Position numbers and translations under genes: made by a program. The notes below the pieces were generated by a model, which worked only from the letters and a program-made list of their open reading frames with translations, did not search any database and was not told the DNA's origin. Shown here one piece after another: positions 13,134 through 24,950 of a stretch of 64,000 nucleotides of DNA (position 1 is the stretch's first letter; every line of letters starts with the position of its first letter). This stretch comes from Calcarisporiella thermophila CBS 279.70 (taxonomy: Eukaryota > Fungi > Calcarisporiellomycota), in contig NW_027192194.1 in assembly GCF_041956535.1 (NCBI RefSeq), forward strand, positions 279,444-343,443. Reading direction: 5' to 3'.

Positions 13134-16100
13134 TCAATCCTCATTCAATTTTGGCTGTGACTCTTGCCGTTGCTGGTGTGGTTTTTGTAATGGCTGAGGT
13201 TGCTGGCGTTGTTGTTGCTGTTGAAGATACTGTCTAAAAGTAGAGTTGTATGGATCCCACAAATCGAAATTTGTGCTCGCAATTGTCCCTGGAATATCGG
13301 CATCATATCTTGGAAACAGCGGATTTACCCATTGAGTCGCTGGTGTGGCGTGCGTTGATGGAGTTGAAGTAGGCTGTAGTGATGGTGCCATTGATATAGC
13401 TGAATCTACTGTTGGGAACATAAGCATCCCCAGACGCTCCATTGTTGCCGAAGTCAAAGCTGATTCTGGCTGAATTATTCCAGGATCAGCCGAGTATGAG
13501 TAATGACTACCTGGAAAATGTTGATGGTTTAAGGGTGAAATTGTAGTAGAAAAGGCAGTGGATCCAGGAGATCCATCCGATACTCGCTGCTGAGTTGTGT
13601 CGTGAAAGAGAGAGAAAGGGGAGAGTTTTGAAGCGTTAAAATCAGTGATAGAAGAGTGTGGTGATAAATCTGAGCTAGATGACTGAACTGCATCCAGCTG
13701 TATGGGAGTAAACTGTCCAGTTTTCAATGTTCCCTCATCATGGTCACGCTGATGGGCACGTTTGCGAGGTGGAGACCTGATCTCCTCTGAGCTACTCGAC
13801 TTTTCCCTTTCTTTTCTCTCCTTTTGCTCTCGTAGCGCCTTCTCTAGAAATGCTTTTGGATCAGACGTGTCATAAATCCATGATAGGTCATAATCGATCG
13901 GGCCTAGGTGAGATTCAACTTCGCGAGTTATTTTGCCAACCATCTCTTTATCGAACGATATATTGTTGACTCCGAGTGAGATTTTGAAGAAAACTATAAG
14001 TTCATCCTTCATGCAGGTGCACTCGAAATGCATAGAGAAGAGTATTAATTTAAGCATATTGGCCTTTGCTACAGGCATGTGGTATTCATCGCCGCTTGTC
14101 ATATTCGAGAGGAAAACAAAATAAAGAAGGCCGAACACGTGATTTATCATGAGGATCGGGTACGGGAAGCCTTTTTTGATCAAACTCTCTAATGCCTCCA
14201 TTGCTGCATTTGCAGCCGCTGATGAAGCATTTAATGAGCCCACTAGGAAAGTATTCTTGCCCTTATCCCCACGAACCATGAAGGAGTGATGCAACTGGAT
14301 TATAGTCTTACAATAATAAATTTGGAGTAATTCTACATTGCCAAGAAATTACACAGTTAATTAAATGCTAAAATCAATCCAAAATATTTATTCGCATACC
14401 AGCCCATGGAGATACCCCTTGATGAGGCTCAGCATTTACAAGGCTGAACCTTAGTTCGGAAGGTATTGTAGAATACCACTGGATAAGTGCATCAGCATGC
14501 TCCCGCAATAAAAGCTCTCTTGGCCCATAATCCATAATGCGACGTGATGAAGGTGAATAGAGAGTCTGGATGATCCGAGTGAGAATTTGATAAAGGCGTA
14601 CTAATTGGTTTAAGAATGTCATGGGCAGGTTTCGGCGAGTAGCTTTTGTGGGCGATGAAGATGTGCTCTTATTATCTTTCGGAGTATTCATACCAGAAGC
14701 AAGAAATTCATCGTCATCCGGCTCTTCTTCACCCACAAGATCGACATCACAATCTATTATAACCCCACCAAAAAAATTATTTTTGTAGTTGTCATAGAAA
14801 TGTGGAGCTCAAATTTCTACTTACGACTATCATGAATCAACAACGGACGCCCTGAAGCAGATGATATCTCACGATCGAAAACATAGCATATCCACCATAT
14901 GCCTGTAAATTAATAAAATAAACTGCGTTAAATATATAACGGATCGTATGAAATTTTCATGTAAAGACTCACGCTTTCGCAATTCACTTTCAGATCGTGA
15001 AATCTTCCATTTCGAAGAATCGCGATGCATTCCAAGCTCTTGGGCAATTCGAACGGCCTAAAAATTTAAAAAAATATTTTTAAATAAAATGTCAACAGGG
15101 TGTAGACTAGCGTGTATATACCAAACTCGAATAAAGATAGTTATTTTCTGGGTTATTTGCTAGCTGTGTATCTATCGTAAGCAGCAGCAACGCTTGAACT
15201 GTGCTAAGCTGTGGCTTTTCGAACGCGGTGTCGAGTAATTTTTTAACACGTTGGTAAAACACATCCGCCATGCCTTCCGATAACATTGGATATCGATTAA
15301 AGAGTCCCCCTTTGAAAACCGCTCTAACTGTGAGGGAGAATATGGCATTCATGAGAAATGGAGTTGGAGATGTAAGCTCTCCTCGATACTGTTTTAGAAA
15401 TCTGGGCTTAGAGATGATAGGCATATAAGGGTGAATATGTTCAAAATATCTAGTGAAGTTGTAATGGATATGAGCATCATATTATTCATATAAATCGAGT
15501 AAAAACAAAACCCTACGCTTCAATTAGTACATCTGATATCTCACGCGGTGGCAGTTCGTTTCTATATTCATCGTAAGATATCTCTGGCGGTTCTTCGATT
15601 ATTACAAAATTGTTTTCTGTTATTCGTCGTATATACAATTTTCCACCCTCCCTCGATGGCAAAGGCAACTCCAGCACGCCTTTTTTGTCGGTTCCACCCA
15701 AAAAACGCGATAATATTTCATTTCCGCTATCAATATAGCGGACAACTCCTTCCTCCAAATTCATCTCTTCCAGCTCGCTGGCCAATCCGTCCTCTTCATC
15801 TGCATCACAATCACCCGACTGCAAGGATGTTCCATCCTTCGTGTAATCCTGCGATATATCTTTATCATCATTTTTTGGTTCAGATGATGTCTTTGATTTT
15901 ATGGGATAGGAGGTGGATCCGTCAGTTAAATTCTTGCGCAGTTCGTTGAGAGATCCATCGTGAATATTGTCGCCAAGTCCGAATTCTGATCTAATTTTTT
16001 CCAAATCAGCTGCCGACATGTCTGATGGGATAGAATCCGCTGAGTCTTCTTGATTAATAAGCTTTTCCATGCGTTTGATTCTCGCTTCTAGCGCGTCCAT

Positions 16101-16384
16101 ATAACTAGTTTGTTACGAGTGGTAAGTGAATGTTTAGATCTCCTTGACAAACAAGATACGATCTACAAAAATTAAATGCACTCTAAAAAAACATACCCTT
16201 TGGGCGGTCCACGCTTTTTTGCTAGAGTTGTGAAGGTACAATCGAGTCCATACAAATGACAGTTGGAGCATTTCTCATTTCCGGCGGCATTGCACCGAAT
16301 CTTGCGTCGTCGGCACGCATCGCACGCACGAGTAATCCTGCTTCGCTTAGTTTTATTTGGGTCGTCTTCTTTGATGGGTTTCAT
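13134..16384 (-). CDS. Zn(II)2Cys6 transcription factor with fungal-specific TF middle domain
   Basis: ACDACRRRKIRCNAAGNEKCSNCHLYGLDC cluster; YFEHIHPYMPII, STVQALLLL and AVRIAQELGMHRD motifs; Gln-rich tail. Start codon position is uncertain. Confidence 0.9.
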
Positions 16385-17044
16385 GGATCGTGTTGGCCCA
16401 TCCAGTGTGTAATAAAAATTTACAATTCCCAATTAGAAATTATAACATATTATAAAGACAGTCGAAAACCTTTGTACTTGAATAGAGGGGGTATAGTGAA
16501 ACTTGCCGCAGCATACTTTGCCCATTCATTGATCCTGCTAAAAATAAAGATGTTAAATAATCTAAGGGACCTATTCGGTATTGCAAATGCTATTGACACA
16601 ATCGCCCCCATATCTAGACCAGTAAGTGAGTCCAACGTGTAACTCCAAGATATAATAAGCTTAGATGATATCGTATCTTTTTCCTTCACTGTGAATATTA
16701 GAGCCATATAACAGCTCGACGCTGCCTAACTAAATAAGTCACTTTGTCCCGAGATGGACGATCATCTGTTTCATTCTCAAAAACTCTTAATTTGGAAATT
16801 ACGGGACTACTGCGTTTTAAGAGCTGCAAACAGTTAAATTAGATAGCCGAGTGGGGGGAAAAAGTGCAGTTTGAATGGAAGAGGGAGGCAGAAAAACCTA
16901 ACAATGGAGCATTATATAAATAAATATACTAGAAATATAAGGAAATAATGCGATAGAAAGAGTAAGAGTAATAAAATTAATGAATAGCCCAGAAAACCAA
17001 TTGTAAACTAGAAAGCACAAAAAAATGAACGCAAGATGGTGTGA

Positions 17045-19001
17045 TTAGTTCCGCTTCGTTCCGAATTCAGTCAAACTGGCTCTAGATGGCCCCGGTGGCT
17101 CTGGTCCGTCGTAGTCAGAAAGCGGGATAAACTGGTCTATTGAGTGAGCATTATACGATCCGGGCGGAGCAGAGTCTCTCTTCGCCATGGCGTTGACGAA
17201 TATGGTGGCCTCCTCACTGTCTTTTTGATTTAGAGTAGGAAAAGATGGTGGCGTAGTGGGGGTGAGGGATTGTGCAGGCGGGGATGCGAAGTCTGAGGCA
17301 GAGTTTCGCTGCCTCCGCTGAAGCGATTGTTGCCTTGCAATTCGCATCTCCTGCACAAACTCTGATAAATCAAAGCCTTGGTTTGCATACTCATATACCC
17401 ACGCATATGCCTCCTCGTCCAACGAGAAGGAGCTTGCATTTGTACTGAGTGCCGAAGTAGCGGAGGCACGGTGTGGAGAGCGCAGGTGCGAGGGAGGGGA
17501 AAGCATCATATCTGTATTGCGATCATCCTTATATGTCACAGGTGAGGGGGGGGTAGGCAGCTCTGCTGCGGTGGGGGCCTTGTGAATCATCGTCCACGGG
17601 TGACTGGCGGTGGGTTGCTGAAAGTATGAATCACTCTCTTCCTCAACAGTCACGAGTGGATACACTGTAGAAGAGGAGGGGTGCGGGATCATACTGCTCC
17701 GAGAGTTGGGCAAGGACGAGCTCCTTTCGGTCCTTTGCCGGGCATACAAGGGGGGATTTGGCGCCTGAGCACCGAACGGCCGAAGTTGCTCGTCTTCTGG
17801 CGTCTTGCTTTCCCCCCATCGAGTTTGCACGAGCGAGTTTCCAGATGCGCCCGGATCGGAGTGGTATTCAAAGCGAGTCATACTATCCGCGTGCCTGCCC
17901 ACGCTCGGGTGACTGTCTATCACCACTTCTAAGGAGAGGGTGTTTCCGGGATACAGTATTATAAACATCAGAGGGGTCAGCAAGCAAAAGGCGAAGCTGC
18001 CTATATCCATGAACAGGTCTCGCAAGAGTCGTGCTACCAGCGGCGAGGCGGCAAAGCGAAGTATCGGAGTCGCCATCAAGATCCCGGGAATGAGGATTGC
18101 AGCAAGAACCCCAAGCACCAGGCCGGTCTGTCTTGCATATCCAAACAGCTCGCTCGACATCACTGTCATTGACCCATCCGCCGCCAGCGCGTCCATTGCA
18201 AGACGCCGCAGACGGAAAAGCGTGGACACGTGGAACACGATCAATAGCACAATTTGCCCACCAAAAAATGCGACGGTAGCTAAGAGTGAGGTGCGCCAGT
18301 TCACCAGGAAGAAGGTCGAGACGAGCACGGCGGGGCCGCTGATTAACGAAAGGAGACCATAGGCGAAGTAGATGGGAAATTCGACTCGCCGCCCAAAATC
18401 CTTCTCTTGGAAGCGTTCATGGATGTGCGTTGCCCAAAACGAGATCAGAATAAATAGGGAAGCAAAGATGAACGAGATAGCAACCACAGCAAGAAGCACG
18501 CCTATACGGGCAAAGTCCATGTTTTCTTCAGTCCAGGAATTCTATGAGAGACAGAGATTAAAGACTCAGAACTCGAAAGAGACGCGAGGGGGGGCGCAAC
18601 ATTTACCATTGGGCGAGTGAAAATGGACACGGTCGTGTTTCGCAGGGAGAATGCGGTGGAGTCCGAGTTACTATTAACAAACTGCACATCATCGGGGTTG
18701 AAATGCGGGAAAACAGCAACCAGCTGTTCATTCGTGGATGCTACAACTAAAAGAGCGTCGAATGCACAAAGGATGAGGACGGAGAACAAAAGAATCCATG
18801 AGATGAGGAGGCGGGTTTTATAGCGGGAATAGATAGACGGGAGGAGTCTTGCGAGGCCAACTGTGCTGTGGATACGCGTGAGAGACCAAAAAAATACGAA
18901 GAGATTCACTAGACTTCTCAGCAGAAGTATGCCTACACACAGTGGGTGGTTAGCTATAGGACGCTTGCATCTCGAAGGAGAGCATTACTTGGTGGCTGCA
19001 T
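17045..19001 (-). CDS. Orphan seven-transmembrane (GPCR-like) protein with a long Ser/Pro-rich cytoplasmic tail
   Basis: Exons 19001-18989, 18932-18607 and 18541-17045 join ORFs 18502..18909 and 17045..18520 in frame. Seven hydrophobic stretches counted by eye, then a disordered tail of about 300 aa. The first exon is tentative. Confidence 0.6.
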
Positions 19002-19481
19002 TGGTGGAGGGGACTGGCGAAGGGCGCATTGAGGGATGGGACAGGCGAGCAGAGCAAAGGGAGGGGTTGGTTTGCAGCACCCACGAGATTACTAAACAGC
19101 TAGGGACGAGGACGGTTGCGCTTGGAAAGGTGTATACACGTCAATAGATTAAGGAAAGAATGGCCAGCACTCCCCAGGACGGCGGAAAAAGGATAGACTA
19201 GAGTATAGAGAGATGGTTGTACCTGAATAAATTTGAATGTGTGCCACGCATTAATCTCACGAAGCTCCGACCGCACAGATTGGCTGCGCGAACAAGCCAT
19301 CTAAATATCATTTATTGTAGTGCACCCACCACGTTTCGAAGCGGCAGATTAAGGAAACTCTCTTTAATAAAAAGGTTCAACAGAAAGAAAAGCCAAACAA
19401 GATGCTCTGCCCACGAAGAAAAGAAGACTCAGGAAAATAAACCGCCTTTGTTCACCAGCCCCTGTGTTTTTTTGGTTTGTT

Positions 19482-20811
19482 TTACGCATTGGCCTCCTCC
19501 AGCTCACTCACGCACTTCCATTCTCCCTCGAGCGTCTCCTTCCACAGCGTGACCTTGTTGTCTCCGCACGAGACCGCCAGCACGTTCCCTGCCAGAGACC
19601 AGCTCACGCGCCACACGACGTCCGGGAATTTTTCTGCGCGCAGCACCTTCTTCTGCCAACCCCCCGTGGGCCCGTCCTGGGTCCAAATGAGCACGGTTTT
19701 GTCCTGCGAGCAGCTAGCCAGGTAACTACGCGGGAGGCCAATATTGGGTGCCCATGCTACGTCACGCACCCAATCGACATGGCCATCGAGCACATCCTCC
19801 TCCTTCCAGGATTTCGAGTCTTCCCTATAAAAATATTAGGCCATGAATTGGAACACCAAAACACGAGCCGCGACAAATCCCCACTCACTTAAACGACCAT
19901 ATTTTGATCAGATTGTCACATCCAGCGGACGCAAACCGTTTAACCGAGTTGGCGTTGGGAGAAGCCCCAGTCACCTGTACCAGAGCGCCGGGGATTGTTG
20001 CAGGAGCCCACGTAACTGCATTGCATCCAATGGCATGGGCCTCAAAAACTGCACTATCCCACGTACCATCCTCTATAATATATGTTAACAACAGCGTAGT
20101 GTGCTTTTACACGTTCCAAACTTACCTTTAAGAGTAACTATAGACACCTTGCCATCTGAAGAGCCGCACGCGAGAATGCAGCCAAGCTCATGAGGCGCCC
20201 AGGCAACAGAGTTAACTGGAAAAAAATATACTATTGACATGGGAACATAATTGTGCAAAAATCATAATTGTATTACCAGATGCAGTGTGCACAACATGAT
20301 CCTTAACTCTGCTCCACGCTCCATTCTGTTCGCGCCAAATAAATACCTTCCCATCATATGAACACGATGCAAGCATATTGCCGAATTTGGGGTGCGCCCA
20401 AGAAACCTGCCAAACCGGGCCATCATGCCTTCAAGCCATTAAAAAATTAGTGTATAAATTCAATATGGTTACAAGTCAAAATTTCATGATAATTACCCAC
20501 GAAGAGTCTCGATTAGTCTGTGCCTTTCGCCATCAACTTCAAAGACGCGAATAGTGCGATCAGAAGATGCCGTGGCGAGTTTTTTCGAATAATAATCGAG
20601 CTGGGCATCATGCTAGAAAGTAATATGAAGAAAAAAAAAATCAACATGCAATATGAAGATCCATCTAGATGTTCGACCTACAATCATATCCTCGTGTTGA
20701 GTTTCCAGCACATGCTGCTGGCTTGTAACAGTTGCAGCCTAAAAACGTTTGATTGATAAATGTAAATTTCCAAGGAGAGTATTAACTAAATCTCTACCGA
20801 AAACATACCAT
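19482..20811 (-). CDS. SEC13: COPII coat / nucleoporin WD40 protein Sec13
   Basis: ETQHEDMI|HDAQLDYY...[17 protein letters not shown]...[18 protein letters not shown]...[28 protein letters not shown]. The first coding exon is the ATG alone (20811-20809). Confidence 0.97.
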
Positions 20812-20984
20812 ACTATATGCTTAGAGGAATAAACCGAGTCAAAGTGTAGTAAAAAAGAGATGAAACTATCTAGGGAAGCAAAAAAAAATCCTCACTAGTC
20901 GTAAGAGCTTGTTGTGGCTTAGCCTATTTTTTACATAGTGAATACAATAGTGTAGACTTTATATCTATCTCACATAAAAACAGG
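20812..20984. promoter_or_regulatory. Putative bidirectional promoter SEC13/RPB11
   Basis: Only 173 bp between the divergent start codons. Confidence 0.6.
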
Positions 20985-21614
20985 ATGAATGCCCCCGATC
21001 GTTTTGAGCTATTTGTGCTTCCGGATGGAGTCAAGAAGTATTTGGCCACTAAATCATAGCAGAACGGGAAACAATCTGTGAACATTTACCAATTTTTCTA
21101 TTTCTCAGGGTAAATGTAGAATATGACCAAAAGATTTCCAATGCTGCATCATTCACGATCCAGAAAGAAGATCATACTCTCGGCAATTTATTAAGAGCGT
21201 AGGTGTCAGTAGGATTGAAGATCTTTAAAATTAAAAACTAAAACTTCTCTCTGCTGCTTTTTAGTCAACTCCTTAAAGATCCCAAGGTTCTTTTCGCTGG
21301 CTATAAAGTACCTCATCCTCTTGAACACTCTTTCACACTCCGTGTTCAAACAAAGGGGGATAGTTCACCACAAGAAGCGCTTCAGAGAGCGATCGAGAAG
21401 CTTATTAGGGAACTCGGTCATCTTAAAAATAGATTTGAAGTATATTATTATAAACTACCCTTCCCTAGGCTGGTAAAATATTGATTATTGATTATTTATC
21501 TGGTAGAATGATGTGGTGAGAGCACAGGCTTTCTCGTCTAGTAAAGAATCTGGAATTGGTGAAGTTGACTTGCAAGAAGACATGCATGCGCGGACCGTGG
21601 ATATGGATTTCTAG
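20985..21614 (+). CDS. RPB11: RNA polymerase II subunit RPB11 (absent from the ORF track because its exons are short)
   Basis: [18 protein letters not shown]|[30 protein letters not shown]|[23 protein letters not shown]; 4 exons. Confidence 0.97.
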
Positions 21615-22760
21615 CTAGCGATACATCAATATGACTCAATGAGATGCAAAAATGACATGTCTCTATTATTTCAATCCTTTTCTCTTTCCTTAACCAGGCA
21701 AACTTAATTCTGCTAGATATTTTCTTGTAAATTTTTTATGTGAAATTAAAAAGAATTCCCATCTGAATACATCACGTATTTACAATCCAAAACAACTCAG
21801 CAGTGCCTCATTGACAAAGGTGATCATTAAATTAAGCAATATTCGCTTGATTCGATGTTACAAACTAAACTTAATCCACTAAAAAAAAAAAAAACGAATG
21901 CTGTACAATAGAAGGGGAGAAGATTTGATTAATTATCGATGTAGGCCTCTTCAAAATTAATTGAAAGATTTAATTGCGATTTCGTTTGACTTCTCTCTGC
22001 TCTTCTGATATATTCTATTCTCCTTGGATTCTCCTGGAAGCATATATAGCATATTATAGCATATTATATTTAAGTCCTGAGAATTCGTTTTATATAATTT
22101 TAACCATTTATGTCAATAGAAAATTACAACTAACCTTAGCTTATAGATCTGAAGAGATAGTTAAATATAGAAAACTAGCCTGTAACTTCGCTTTTGCAAA
22201 AGTTGTTAAACGTTAAATGTTCAATCACAACGTTACTTTCTTCATATATAGTAGCTATTAATCTTGTATTTTAATTTTACCTTGTTAAATAATATTCTGT
22301 CTTAATATACGAGTACATAATGCTTGGGAGGGCGCAGAAAATTTTGATACTAAATATGATATTGCTGGAAAAAAAAAGCAAAAAAATAATTTCAAATCAC
22401 CACGTTTACTTGGACCATTAAATGTTTTTTCTATCAAAATTAATCTAAATAACTGAAATTGATATGTGGATGCGTAATTAAAACACTGAACATGACAATC
22501 TATATAAAGAGAGAAGCTTGAAGAATCGCTTCTAGGAATAAAGCATTTCAAACTAAGAAACGATATTCCAAGTATGAAGATCCAAATCTTAACATTATAA
22601 GCCGATTCTAACCCCGCTTTCTGACGCGCCTATTGAAACATTAATAGCTTCAGTCAATTAAAAATAAAGCCGTATAAATCTCTACTACATTTCGCTTTTT
22701 CTTCTTGATATTCATCTCCCCCATGCTACAACCTATTTACTTGTAATGCTACACGTAGGG

Positions 22761-24832
22761 ATGCCTTTTCACCTGGATACACCAGCTGGTAATCTGACTG
22801 AAAATGCCATGTTTATTCAAAATCTCGAAAAAACCAATGCCATATTGTTTAGTAGATTTTAAGGACGCGATTCTCCTTGAGAAGAGTTCGTCCTCACCTC
22901 AATTTCTATCACCTTGCTCCAACTCCTCAACTTCCCATGAAAGGTAGGCGCCTGGTATATTCTTTTATATTTCGTTCTGAAATGACTACTCTTCGACTAC
23001 TATTAATAAGCAGTCAAATCGCAAATCATCTTTTCGACTACACCGCTCCAAATCTATCCAGTGCTCAATCACCAATCACAGCTTTTGATCTCCAACGGCA
23101 GTTTCCATGGGAATCACATATATCAAATCTGCAACAACTGCGCTGTAGTCCCATGCCAACATTAGAGAGTCAAGTTCCTCCCTTGTTGACTTCTCAGTTT
23201 ATTCCACCACAGTCATCAGTTAACAAATTGAACGAAATTAAACAAGAAATATATGACAAATTATCGCAACATGCATCGTAGGTGCATGCCCGTATTAACC
23301 CCAGGATTCTTAATATTAATCAATGCTATATAGGGGGTTGGTCGTGAGGGCAGAAATTGGCGCCTCTACCTCCATAAAGTCAATTGAAGGGCCAGTTTTC
23401 ACCACCTATCTTAATAATGGTATCCTATTTTTCTACTTGCTTCAGACTACAAGACCTAGATATTCACTATTACATGTTGAAATAGGGGAGGAGTACAGTT
23501 TATCTCTCAGCTCACAACTCCCATTTCCTCCTGAAACTGCTAAAGTGCGCACCATAGTGAAATTAACTTTCGATGATCCGAGTGATCGCAAAAATGAAGA
23601 ATTATATTGGGGGCGATTCTTCGAGCAACTTGAATCGCAAACAGAGGAAAAAGATCATATTTTTGATAATCAACTGGTGAAAGCTATTGACTTTGGGTGT
23701 AAGAGAAATTGGATCTGAATATAGACGCTAAATTTACTAGAATATTCTATACTTCCACTAGGTCAAACGAATGATATAGGAATAATAGACCGATATGTTC
23801 AAGCGTTCGACCGATTGTATTTCGAGTGGGATAATTCCGCACGTGTCACACTTAAATTTCTCACGACTTCGACTTCTTTTAACTCGCGAAAAGGTGTGCG
23901 GGGGAGAACTCAGCGTATCCAGCTGCTTCACCAATTTATTCATAAAAATGAGACTATAGTAGGTGAGGAGAAGAGTTTCGTACGAGTTCAGATATATACT
24001 GCTAATGTGGGTATTTCTGCACTGCTATATTTATATTAATGAAAATAACCGTCAAAATTCGCTGGACAGGGTTCAAACCGGAAACATAGAGAGGAAATCA
24101 AGAATCTCCTTGATCGTGGAAAATTACCTGAAGAACTGCTAATGCTTGTTAAACACACTATTAGCACGATATTTGCACAAAAACGTGAGACTGAGAAATA
24201 TCTGCATATAATTTTTTTCTTATCTAAATATACATCTACTTCGTTTCAATATAGAATTTCATGATTCCAACGGGTTCTTTGAAGACTCCTACGGACAGTT
24301 TCCTACCTCTTTTACTTCACGCTTACCCAAAGAGTTAATTACGATTCTTCCATCGCGTACAATTTTCACCAGCTGGTATCTTCCGCAAGCAGGAAGCCCC
24401 TACGATAATGATAAAATTCTGTCGCCGGTTCGTGATTACAAAATGATGTCTATAGATTTTAAAGCTCCAAACACTTGCCTTATGAAAAAACGTGATTGTG
24501 AAAATCACTTTTACGTTTGTCACTTGGGATCCATTGAAATGCATCACATCCAGCCGCTGGAGCCTTTGACGCTTTCAAATCTTATGTATCACATTATTGA
24601 AGCTCTATTTCATAAGCATTATCTACATTTGGCTGAACTCAACAGAGTGGAATTACAATGGCATGCTGACGGAGGTTGCACAGATAGGTGGACTTCAATG
24701 AGGGTATTGAGTGATGAGGATGTCGCTCTTGCTATTGAGATATTAGTAAAAGGACAAGTATTCGAGGTGGAAGCCAACGGCAATGCTGAATTGGGATTTA
24801 ACGTGATTTTTAGACAGAGGTGTCAGTCCTAA
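22761..24832 (+). CDS. Divergent CP2/Grainyhead-family transcription factor
   Basis: Spliced product has TYLNNGEEYSLSL, VRTIVKLTFDD..EELYW, STSFNSRKGVRG and VRVQIYTAN|GSNRK. These match the CP2 motifs TYLNKGQ.Y, STDFS.QKGVKG and C.IK.F...GAERK. The 5' exons are tentative. Confidence 0.7.
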
Positions 24833-24950
24833 TGATTAAACGTTTCATATTAGGTATTTCAATTATAGTTTATTATATCAGTAAATTTCCATCAATTGCA
24901 CACATTTAAATACAAATTAAGGATATAAAATTAAAAATGCCTTCGCCTAT

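Noticed and set aside
18502-18606. Overlap of ORFs 17045..18520 and 18502..18909 as a programmed frameshift or two genes
   Set aside because: Explained by the GT-AG intron 18606-18542.
17681-19892. Numerous plus-strand ORFs in the GC-rich block
   Set aside because: Expected from stop-codon depletion at high GC opposite real genes; no recognisable motifs.
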